Source of the DNA: Verrucomicrobiota bacterium
GTDB taxonomy: Bacteria; Verrucomicrobiota; Verrucomicrobiia; Verrucomicrobiales; V1-33
Direction of reading: 5' to 3'
Assembly (NCBI GenBank): GCA_040387795.1
Contig: JAZKDC010000003.1
Location: forward strand, 97,033-161,032
Length of the DNA: 64,000 nucleotides
In this document: piece after piece, positions 10,071-20,700 of the stretch
Position numbering within the stretch: the first letter of the stretch is position 1
Layout of the letters: each line of letters starts with the position of its first letter
The notes under the pieces: model-generated
What the model was told of the DNA's origin: nothing
What the model saw: only the letters and a program-made list of their open reading frames with translations
The model's database searches: none
Position numbers and translations under genes: made by a program

Positions 10071-10757
10071 ATGAAAAAAGCCATCACCCTCTGTCTGGTT
10101 ACCAGCGCCCTGCTCCTCCCCCTTCAGGAGGCGGGAGCCACCCTCACCCTCTGGCAGGCTGAAGTGAATGCCGGCAGCGTTCCGGCGGCGACCGTGTTCA
10201 GTGAAGTCTCCGCGCCTGTCCTATCGAACATCGGCACCCTGACCGGCGGCCGGGCCTTTGAATTTATTGTCAATGCCGACCCGTCTGCTACCGGTTCCAT
10301 CTCGTCGGCCCTGCTCGGCACCCAATCGGTCGAGAATGGCCGTCAGGGGCTGAAGTACGAACAATACAACGATACCGGCAATCTTGGGATGACTGCCTTC
10401 GGGGTGGCGGACTATGAGACGACCATCGCGGCCCCCATCAACTCCAACACCCAGGTGGTGTTCACTTCCGATGGCATCAAGACAGATCTCTATCTGAATG
10501 GCGTCTTTCAAACGAGCTTTGCGGCCGCCCTGGCCCTGACCGGCGAGCAGGGACTCGGAGCGGCCTATGCGCCGGCGACGTCGGCCTTCTTTGATATCCT
10601 CCCAGGAAAAATCCTCGGATTTGCCAGCTATGACAGTGATCTGGGAGCGGCGGAGATCCTGACACACTACAACGCTTTCGCCGCCGTACCCGAAGCCGGC
10701 AGCAGCATTCTTTTCCTCACCGGAATCGCCGGGCTGGCCCTCCGCCGGCGGCGTTGA
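10071..10757 (+). CDS. PEP-CTERM-type sorting-domain protein with one LamG-like domain
   Basis: Signal peptide; same domain as the upstream gene (RAFEFIVNA, GLKYEQ, ILGFASY); C-terminal VPEAGSSILFLTGIAGLALRRRR. Confidence 0.85.
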   Translation: MKKAITLCLVTSALLLPLQEAGATLTLWQAEVNAGSVPAATVFSEVSAPVLSNIGTLTGGRAFEFIVNADPSATGSISSALLGTQSVENGRQGLKYEQYNDTGNLGMTAFGVADYETTIAAPINSNTQVVFTSDGIKTDLYLNGVFQTSFAAALALTGEQGLGAAYAPATSAFFDILPGKILGFASYDSDLGAAEILTHYNAFAAVPEAGSSILFLTGIAGLALRRRR

Positions 10758-10781
10758 CCGGCGTGGTTCCCCAGCCACCTG

Positions 10782-13700
10782 ATGAGAGCGCTCCCTCCAG
10801 TCCGGGCAGGCCAGGCATGGTTGCGGCACGGCCGCGCCCGCCTTTGCGGCCTGGCCGCGCTGGTGCTGGCGGGGGCAGCTCCGGCAGGGGCCTCGTTGGC
10901 GGACTATGACACCGTCATTTCACGGGAGGCGGCAGGCGGGCTCATTCCAGCGGCGACCCTGACGGATGCGATCACGTTTCCCGGCAATCAGAATGCAGCG
11001 TTCAACTTCGGCCCGGTGACCGGAGACGGCACCTTCGAGTGCATCGTCGAACCCTCCGGCCTCGCCGCCAGTGCCTACCTGGCAGTGGGCTCAAATACCC
11101 AAAGCAACCTTCGGCTCCAGCAATATAACAACACCGGGGAACTGGGCATGACCCTGCTGGGGGTGGCAGACTATCGCTTCAGTCCCGCCGTCCCGGCCCC
11201 GGCAGAAACAGCACATCTGGTGTGGCTGTGGGACGGTGCGGGCACCATGCAGATGTTTGTGAACGGCACCCCCGCCGGAAGCCGGAGCGGGGTCGCCTCA
11301 CCATTCGCGTTACCGACGGGCCAGGGCTGGCTGGGGGCCAATCCCAGCAGCGGCGAGGGAATGTCAGGCACCGTCTTCCGCGTCACCACCTACGATTCCC
11401 GCCTCTCCGTCGAAGCGATCCGGCGGCATGCCGAAGCCTTCCTCGGCATCCTGAGTCCCCCGGTCATTTCCTCGTTCTCCGCCGATCCGCCTGCCGCGGC
11501 CAGCGGGGCCACGGTCACGCTGTCCTGGACTGTCTCCGGGGCCGACACCCTCACGCTGGACGGCACTGCGGTGACCGGATTGTCGGGAAAAGTCATCACC
11601 CTGACAGCCAATGGCTCCCACACCCTGGCAGCGGCCAATGCCCATGGAACCACCACGCGCACCCTGCTCATTCCCATGGTGCAGGCGGCCAGCCATGTGG
11701 TCATCAATGAATTCATGGCCTCCAACCAATCCGGCCTGACAGACGAAACCGGAGCCTTCCCGGACTGGCTGGAACTCTACAATCCCACCAGCAGTGCGGT
11801 GAATCTGGCAGGCTATTACCTCACCGACAATCCCGCCAACCCGCAACAATGGGCCCTGCCCGCCGTTTCACTGCCCGCCGGAGGGTATCTCGTGATCTTC
11901 CTTTCCGGCCGGGATACCCCGCCGCTGGCGGCCCCGTGGCACGCCAACTTCCGCCTCAACAAAGACGGGGAATACCTCGCCCTGACCACTGCGTCCGGAG
12001 TGGTTCATGAATTCTCCCCCGCCTTTCCTCCGCAGGAAGACGACCTCCCGTGGGCCCTGACCGGCGGAGATCCCGGTCTGGCTGGATACGCGGAACGGCC
12101 AACCCCGGGCACCGCCAACGATCCGGCCCTGCCCCGGCCGGCGAGGGTGCAGTTTTCCCAGCCGGGCGGGCTGTTGCGCGGACCGGTGAGCCTGACCCTT
12201 TCCTCCGGCTCCCCCGGTGCACAAATTTTCTATCAAATCAACCAGGCACCTGCCTCCGCCTACACCAGCCCCATTGAAATCACCGCGACGGCGCAGGTCC
12301 GGGCGTGGGCGGAACAGGCGGGCCAGCGCAGCGCGGAGACCACCACCGCGTGGGTGAAGCTGGCCCCGGATCTGGCCACCTATCAATCACCGCTGCCGGT
12401 GCTCATGATCGATAACTTCGCCAGCGGAGCGGTACCGCAGAAAGGCTGGAGCGGCAACGGCTCCGGAGTCCAGCAGGTGCCCCGGCAGGCAGCTGCCTGG
12501 CTGGCCTGGGAAAGGTCAGGAGCCACCAGCACCACTGCCAGCGAACCGGCCTTCTCCTCGCGCATCGGTCTCCGGGGGCGAGGCGCCTTCTCCAGCTCGT
12601 GGCGGCAGAAACCCTACTCCGTGGAGGCCATGGACGCGTCCGGCAGTGAACTGGATGTCAGCGTGCTCGGGATGCCGGCCCATTCCAACTGGGTGCTCTA
12701 CTTCCCTGATCCCGGGGCCGACAAGGACCCCACCCTGCTCTTCAACACCTTTGTTTATGACCTCGCGCGGCGCCTCGGCCATCCTTCGCAGCGGTTCCGC
12801 TGGGTGGAATTGTTCGTCAACGAGGACGGAGGCGACCTCTCCCTGAACGACCGCCGCGGTGTCTATGCGGTGCTCGAAAAGGTCTCCCGCGGAGCCGAAC
12901 GCCTCGACTTCTCCCGGCTCAGCGCGGACGGCCAGCAGGGCGGCTGGCTGCTCAGCCTCAACCGGATGGATGCCATCCCGGAAACCGGATGGCCCGCGCT
13001 GAATGGAACCACCACTCCTTCTTTTTTCCGCACTGCCGGGGCCAACCGCCTCCAGGAAACGCAGCCTGACAATCCCGCCACCGGCGGCGACGACGAACCG
13101 AAACAAAGCAACGGTTTCCTCAATTTCGACAATCCCGGGGGTTACACCATCCTCCCCGCCCAACGGGCCGCGGTCCAGAACTGGTTCCGCCAGTTTGAGG
13201 ACGTCCTCTACGGCAGCACCTGGCGCGATCCCGCAACAGGTTACCGGCAATGGCTGGATGCGGACGACTTCGCCGGCTATTTTGTCTTCAATGAGCTGAC
13301 CAAAAACGGCGACGGAATGCTCATCTCCATGTTTCCCTGGAAAGGCGATGACGGCAAACTGCGCATGGGTCCGGTCTGGGACTACAATTATGCCAGCTAT
13401 TACGCCGGGGGCGGCGCGACCGGCAGCCTGCGCTGGCGCGGAGACCGGATCTGGTACGCCCGCCTCTTTGCCGATCCGGATTTCCTGCAGCTCTACACCG
13501 ACCGCTGGTTCGCCTGGCGACAGGGCGCCATGAGCAATGCCGGCATCACGGACGTGATTGACGATCAGGCCGCGGAAATCACGGCGGCCAAAGCAGTCGC
13601 CCAAGGCATCTCCAGCGCCGCGGCATGGAATAGCAGCCTCACGCAAATGAAGTCGTGGCTGACCCAGCGGGCCACCTGGGTGGATGGTCAATACGCCGCC

Positions 13701-14768
13701 CGGCCGGTGCTCAGTCCCGCCGGAGGGATTGTCAGCAGCGGGCAGGAGATTGCCCTCACCGCCGTGGGCGGCGTGCCATGGCACACCACGGACCGCAGCG
13801 ATCCGCGCCTGGCGGGCGGCACCGTTTCCCCCGCCGCCTCCAGCACCGGCCTCCACACCATCGCCGCAGACACCAGAATAACTGCCCGAAACCGCGTCTC
13901 CGCCACCCGCTGGAGCGCCCCGGCCAGCGCCATCTACGTCACCGGCGCCATTCCGGCCACCGCCTTGAACCTGACCTTCTCCGAAATTCACTATCATCCG
14001 GCCCCACCTGACGCCGCGGAGTTCGCCGCCGGCTTCACCGATCCCGGGGATTTTGAGTTTGTGGAACTGCTGAATGCCGGGGCTGACAAAATCAGCCTGG
14101 CCGGACTGCGCCTCGTCAAAACCGGCCCTGTCCAGGGGATCGATTACCGCTTCGACGAGGGAACGCAGTGGTCGCTCGCGCCCGGCGCACGGCTGCTGCT
14201 CGTACGGAACATTCCGGCCTTCACCCTGCGCTACGGCCCGGGCCTGCCGGTGGCGGGGGAATTCGCCGGCCAGCTCGGCAATGGCGGCGACACCCTGACC
14301 CTGCTCGATGCTGCCAGCGCCCCCCTGCTCAACCTGACTTGGACGGACATCACGCCGTGGCCGTCAGCCCCGGACGGCGCTGGCTACAGCCTGACCCTCC
14401 TCTCCGGCACCACCCCGTTGTCCGCCCCCAATTCTGTTTCCTGGCGCGCCAGCACCGCCCGGGGAGGCTCCCCCGGCACCAGCGACAGCCTTCCCCTGAC
14501 GGATGGCGGTCTCGCCAGCTACGCCTTCGGCACGGCTCCCTCCACGGTGACTTTCAGCAATGGCACCCTGTTCGTTACCCAGCCCCGCCGCCCCGGCAGC
14601 GATCTCGTCAGTGTCGCCCTCGAACACTCCCTGGACCTCACCACGTGGGTCCAGACCGGACCGGAGGAATTCGCCACGGAACCGGATGCCGACGGCATCA
14701 CCCGCATCCGGCGGCAACTCCCCGCCGGCGCCAAGGGCTTTTTCCGCTGGCACCTGCGCAGCCGGTAA
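10782..14768 (+). CDS. Secreted CotH-family kinase with N-terminal LamG-like domain, lamin-tail (LTD) and FN3-associated domains
   Basis: VVINEFMASN...DWLELYN and FSEIHYHP...FEFVELLN (LTD); RGRGAFS, KPYSVE, MGPVWDYN (CotH); C-terminal GFFRW. Confidence 0.85.
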   Translation: MRALPPVRAGQAWLRHGRARLCGLAALVLAGAAPAGASLADYDTVISREAAGGLIPAATLTDAITFPGNQNAAFNFGPVTGDGTFECIVEPSGLAASAYLAVGSNTQSNLRLQQYNNTGELGMTLLGVADYRFSPAVPAPAETAHLVWLWDGAGTMQMFVNGTPAGSRSGVASPFALPTGQGWLGANPSSGEGMSGTVFRVTTYDSRLSVEAIRRHAEAFLGILSPPVISSFSADPPAAASGATVTLSWTVSGADTLTLDGTAVTGLSGKVITLTANGSHTLAAANAHGTTTRTLLIPMVQAASHVVINEFMASNQSGLTDETGAFPDWLELYNPTSSAVNLAGYYLTDNPANPQQWALPAVSLPAGGYLVIFLSGRDTPPLAAPWHANFRLNKDGEYLALTTASGVVHEFSPAFPPQEDDLPWALTGGDPGLAGYAERPTPGTANDPALPRPARVQFSQPGGLLRGPVSLTLSSGSPGAQIFYQINQAPASAYTSPIEITATAQVRAWAEQAGQRSAETTTAWVKLAPDLATYQSPLPVLMIDNFASGAVPQKGWSGNGSGVQQVPRQAAAWLAWERSGATSTTASEPAFSSRIGLRGRGAFSSSWRQKPYSVEAMDASGSELDVSVLGMPAHSNWVLYFPDPGADKDPTLLFNTFVYDLARRLGHPSQRFRWVELFVNEDGGDLSLNDRRGVYAVLEKVSRGAERLDFSRLSADGQQGGWLLSLNRMDAIPETGWPALNGTTTPSFFRTAGANRLQETQPDNPATGGDDEPKQSNGFLNFDNPGGYTILPAQRAAVQNWFRQFEDVLYGSTWRDPATGYRQWLDADDFAGYFVFNELTKNGDGMLISMFPWKGDDGKLRMGPVWDYNYASYYAGGGATGSLRWRGDRIWYARLFADPDFLQLYTDRWFAWRQGAMSNAGITDVIDDQAAEITAAKAVAQGISSAAAWNSSLTQMKSWLTQRATWVDGQYAARPVLSPAGGIVSSGQEIALTAVGGVPWHTTDRSDPRLAGGTVSPAASSTGLHTIAADTRITARNRVSATRWSAPASAIYVTGAIPATALNLTFSEIHYHPAPPDAAEFAAGFTDPGDFEFVELLNAGADKISLAGLRLVKTGPVQGIDYRFDEGTQWSLAPGARLLLVRNIPAFTLRYGPGLPVAGEFAGQLGNGGDTLTLLDAASAPLLNLTWTDITPWPSAPDGAGYSLTLLSGTTPLSAPNSVSWRASTARGGSPGTSDSLPLTDGGLASYAFGTAPSTVTFSNGTLFVTQPRRPGSDLVSVALEHSLDLTTWVQTGPEEFATEPDADGITRIRRQLPAGAKGFFRWHLRSR

Positions 14769-14895
14769 CTTTCCGGCAGAAGCCGGCGATGGCCTCCGTT
14801 TGGCAGGAATCTTCACGCCGTCCGCGAATCCGGTGAATGCCGGATTGCCAGCGGTGGACTCCACCGTCATGGAGAGCCCGTCCCCTACCATCGCC

Positions 14896-15377
14896 ATGAA
14901 CTCATATCACCTCTCCCGGAACCGGGTCCAAACCGGCATTTTTCCAGAGGGCGAGATTCCGGCGATGCTGACGGCGGGCCATGCTGGACCGAAGGGACGC
15001 CGGAGTGGCGGCCGGTGCGGGAGGTAATTCCGCTGCCGGTGGAGATGCCGCCGCCGCTGCCTTATGGGACCCAACCCCCCGGCATGCCGGTTTCAGCGCG
15101 CCGGATCGGGGATGATGCGGGGATCCGGATGCTGCTGCCGGTGGGCCGCTCGGGCTGGGCGATTGCGGCAGGGTATCTGGGTTTGTTCAGCCTGATTATC
15201 CTGCCCGCCCCGCTGGCTCTGATCATTTCGATCATCGCCATGCGCGACATCAAAAAGAGCCGCGCTACCGCGACGCCAAAGTATGGCATGGGCCGGGCGG
15301 TTTTTGGACTGATCATGGGAGTGCTGGGCACCGGATTGATCCTGACGCTCCTGGTGAGCCTCCTTTCGAAGAAATAA
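14896..15377 (+). pseudogene. Frameshifted GYF_2 (DUF4339)-DUF4190 membrane protein
   Basis: MNSYHLSRNRVQTGIFPEGEIPAMLTAG in one frame continues as CWTEGTPEWRPVREVIP in another from ~14982; downstream PVGRSGWAIAAGYLGL...GMGRAVFG is DUF4190-like. Confidence 0.7.
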
Positions 15378-15537
15378 CGGGCTGACCACCGTGTTCCCTG
15401 CCGCCCCGGGGTGGGGGACAGAATTTGTGGAGGCCGCCGCAAACCGGCTCCGATCATGGAGACACGCCCTCTGCAAATCAATTCCTTGGAACAAAACAAG
15501 CCTGCCCTGAAAGGTCTACTCCTGAAGAATACCCGGC

Positions 15538-15565
15538 TTGACGCGCGGATTAAAAAACCTACGAT
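15538..15565 (+). promoter_or_regulatory. Putative sigma70 promoter for accBC
   Basis: TTGACG, 16-nt spacer, TACGAT; followed by a CCCATCC/GGATGGG hairpin and CAGGAG RBS. Confidence 0.5.
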
Positions 15566-15656
15566 GAGTCCCCCCGCCCCATCCCCTTGGATGGGGGGCC
15601 GGACCGGAATCCACCCCGTTTTCCCAATCCCATTGAAACCTGAACAGGAGGCACCC

Positions 15657-16151
15657 TTGGACTTAAAAGAGATTCGTCAAATCATCGAAATGATGAAACG
15701 CAACGACCTGTCGTTGTTCCACTTGGAACGCGAAGGGTTCAAAATCAAACTCCGCAAAGGCGTCGATTTCGACACCATGGTGGACAAACTGGGAGGCTCC
15801 GGCGTGATGATGGCCGCCCCGCATACGGCCCCGGTGGCCCATGCCGAACCGGCTTCGGCTGCCGCCCCCGAGTCCGGAGATCCGGAACTATCCGAGAGCG
15901 CTGCCAGTGGTAGTTCCCGTATTTTGTCGCCGATGGTCGGCACCTTCTACCGCGCAGCAGGTCCTGGGGAAAAAATCTTCGCCAGTGTCGGCGATACCAT
16001 CACCGAAGGCACCACCGTCTGCATCATCGAAGCCATGAAAGTGATGAACGAGATCAAAGCCGAAATCAGTGGCGTGATCACCCGCGTGCTCGTGGAGGAC
16101 GCCACTCCCGTGCAGTTCGAGACCCCGCTTTTCGAAATCAAGCCGGCCTGA
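15657..16151 (+). CDS. accB: Acetyl-CoA carboxylase biotin carboxyl carrier protein
   Basis: SPMVGTFY and EAMKVMN biotinylation motif; TTG start after AGGAG. Confidence 0.93.
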   Translation: MDLKEIRQIIEMMKRNDLSLFHLEREGFKIKLRKGVDFDTMVDKLGGSGVMMAAPHTAPVAHAEPASAAAPESGDPELSESAASGSSRILSPMVGTFYRAAGPGEKIFASVGDTITEGTTVCIIEAMKVMNEIKAEISGVITRVLVEDATPVQFETPLFEIKPA

Positions 16152-16215
16152 TCCTGCCCCCATCCGCCCGCCGCCTGTTACCGGTCCGCGGCTTCTCCCC
16201 GTCCTCTTCCGTTTC

Positions 16216-17571
<1,356 letters not shown>

Positions 17572-17714
17572 CGCCACAGCGCGCAGTAGAGCGCTCGGCA
17601 AGGTCCTGAATCGATGGTCCGCGGACCAGGGGATTCCCTGATCAGGCCCGGTCCTACCGGGGCAATCTGACTAAAACGTTGCATTTTCCAACTGGCTTCG
17701 GCCATAAGGACGGA

Positions 17715-20700
17715 ATGCCCCTACCCGTCCCCCGTTCTGTGCTTCGAGCACTTCCCCCTCTGTTGGCCCTGTTGGGGACCCTTCCGGCAGGGGCTGAAAT
17801 CGTGATCAACGAACTGATGGCCAGCGGTTCGGACCGCTTGCTGCGTTGGTCGGCGGCCGGAGTGCCTACTCTCGGCACGGGCACGCCATGGTATGCCAGC
17901 GGGTTCAGCGATGCAAGCTGGAGTACCGGGACCGGTCCCTTTGGATTCGGCACCTTCACCAATGTTTCGCCGGCCCCGGCCATCACGACCAATACGGCGA
18001 CCCAGATGCAGAACCTGACGCCGACCCTGTACCTGAGAAAGACGTTTACGGTTTCCGCCAGCGATGCCGGGCGGGCCGACGCCCTGAGTTTCGACGTGCA
18101 GTTCAACGATGGTTTCGTTTGCTATCTCAATGGCGTGGAGGTGATCCGCCGCAATGCCGGCCCCGCCAATCAGTTTGTCTACCGCGACCAATTCGCCGCC
18201 TTCGGCACCCCGGCGAATACCGAGTCTACCACCACGCCGTACCTGCGCACCGAAACCCTGACGCTCGGCGCGGCCAACACCCGCCTCCTCTCCGGCACCA
18301 ATACCCTGGCGGTTCACGCGCTCAATTACTGGGAAACCACCAGCCTGCTGAACACCTCCACCAACGTGTTCGCCTCCATCAACAACCGCGACAATTTCTA
18401 TTTCAAAGGAGATCTCAAAATCACCGCGGCGCCGGCCGTCACCCTGGCGGCGAACAACACGGCGTGGCGTTATCTTCCCGGGGTGGTGGAACCCTCCGGC
18501 GGCCTCTATGATCCGACCCAGATTTTCCTAGCCAAACAAAATGCCCGCTGGGGCCGGCCCAGTTTTGATGACTCGGCCTGGAGCAGCGGGGCCTCCCCGC
18601 TGGGCGCGGGCACTCCTCCTGCCGGCGTCACTCTCGGGACCAATCTCACCCCGTCCATCCCGGGCCAATCCACCTCGCTCTACGCCCGCACGGTTTTTAC
18701 CGCGACGGCAGCCGATATCGCCGACCCGCTGATGCTGCAGCTTCTGATGGATTATGATGATGGATTTGTCGCCTATCTGAACGGCGTGGAAGTTGCCCGC
18801 TCCGGGATGGCGGAGGCGAATTCCTTCACGCCCCATAATGCGGTCGCCAGCGCCGCCCGCACCCCGGGCAGTTACACCACATACAATCTGGATCCGCCCG
18901 CCCGCCTGCTCATCCAGGGGCAGAACGTCTTTTCCGTCCAGATCCATAATGTCACACTCAACGACGCCGATCTCTTCTTCCGCGCCCAATTGCGCACCAA
19001 TTCCGCCGGCACCAACCGCACCCTCGTCACCCCCACCGGCATCTTCAATTATTTCGTTGGCATCGGGGAACCTGTGGAGTCCGAGGATGATGCCCTGGAA
19101 GACAACCCCGAAGCTCCTGACTCCGCGCTCGACTGGGTGGAACTGCATAACAATGGAACCGCGGCCGTTTCCCTGGGCAACTGGACCTTCAGCGACAGCG
19201 CTTCCCTGCCCGCCAAGTGGGCCTTCCCTCCGGAGGCCACCCTGCCCGCCGGAGGCTATCTGTTGCTGGCCTGCGATGACTTGAACATTACCGCCCCTGC
19301 CCCGGGAGGATTTTATCATACCGGCTTCAAGCTGGCCTCGCAGGGGGAATCCCTGGTGCTGCGCGACTCCCTCGGCACCATCGTCCAGCAAACCACCTTT
19401 CCCGCCCAGACTGCCTTCCAAAGTTATGGCCGCAGCGGGGACGGCAGTTACCGCTTCCATGATGCTCCGACCCCCGGGACGGCCAATGCCGGGGCGGTCC
19501 TGACAGGCAAGGTGGCGGCACCGGTGCTCAGCCTCGCCGGTGGCTTTTATCCGGGATCACGCACCGTCTCCTTTTCCTCCAGCACCCCCGGGGCCACCCT
19601 CCGCTATACCTTGAATGGCACCGAACCGACCGAAACCAATGGCACCGCCGGCACCACCGCGACCCTCAGCAGTTCGCGGGCCCTGCGCGTGCGCGCCTTC
19701 GCCGCCGCCCTGATTCCCAGCGACACCATCACCCGCACCTATCTGATTGCCGAACCGGTCTCCCGGCAGGGACTGCCCGCCCTGTGCGTGACCGGCGACG
19801 AGCAGCGCTCCCTTTATCAACCCTTCGGAGCCATGGCCATCAAGGGCGGGGCCTTTCCCAATTACATTGCCCCGCTTCCCACCAACAACAATGGCGTCTG
19901 GACCCAGACCGGAGCCACCGCGGGCACCCCCGCCGACCTGACGGCCTATAACAACCCCATCCACCGCGGCCGTTTCATTGAACGTCCGGCTCATCTGGAA
20001 ATCCTCCGGGCCGATGGCACCCCGGGGCCCAACATCGGATTCGGTCTCCGGGTTTCCGGCAGCGGCCACGCCCGGCCACGCTACAAGCTGACCAATCAGA
20101 ACCGCGCTCCGGGGGCCTCGCCCGCTCCCAACGATGGCGCGTGGAGTGCGACTTCCTTCACGGAAAAACCCTCCTTCAATTTCTTCTTCCGCGACGACTA
20201 TGGCGGCGATCCGCTGGAACACAGCCTCTTCCCTGACTATCCAGTCAATCAATTCCATGACGTCCGCGTGCGGGCCGGAAAAAACGATCCCAGCAATCCG
20301 TTTGTCGAGGATGAATTCATGCGCCGGGTCTTTATCAGCACCGGCCAGGAAGGCAGCCGCGGCATGATCAACACGCTATACGTCAACGGCATCTACAAAG
20401 GCTACTACAACCTCTGCGAACACATCCGAGAGGATTTCCTCCAACGGCACCACGGCGGCACCAATGCCTGGGACGTGCGACAGGTCACGGCCATTGCGAG
20501 TGGCGATGGCCTCGCCTTTCAGGAAATGCTGACCTATATCCGCAACAACCCGCAAGGCACGCTTTCCAACTACCAGGGCATGAAGACCCGGCTGGATATG
20601 GTGAATTTTGCGGACTATTTGATTGTGAATCTGCTGGGCGTCACCGGCGACTGGCCGCACAACAACTTTGTGTGCGCCCGCGAGCGCTCCGTGAATGGCC

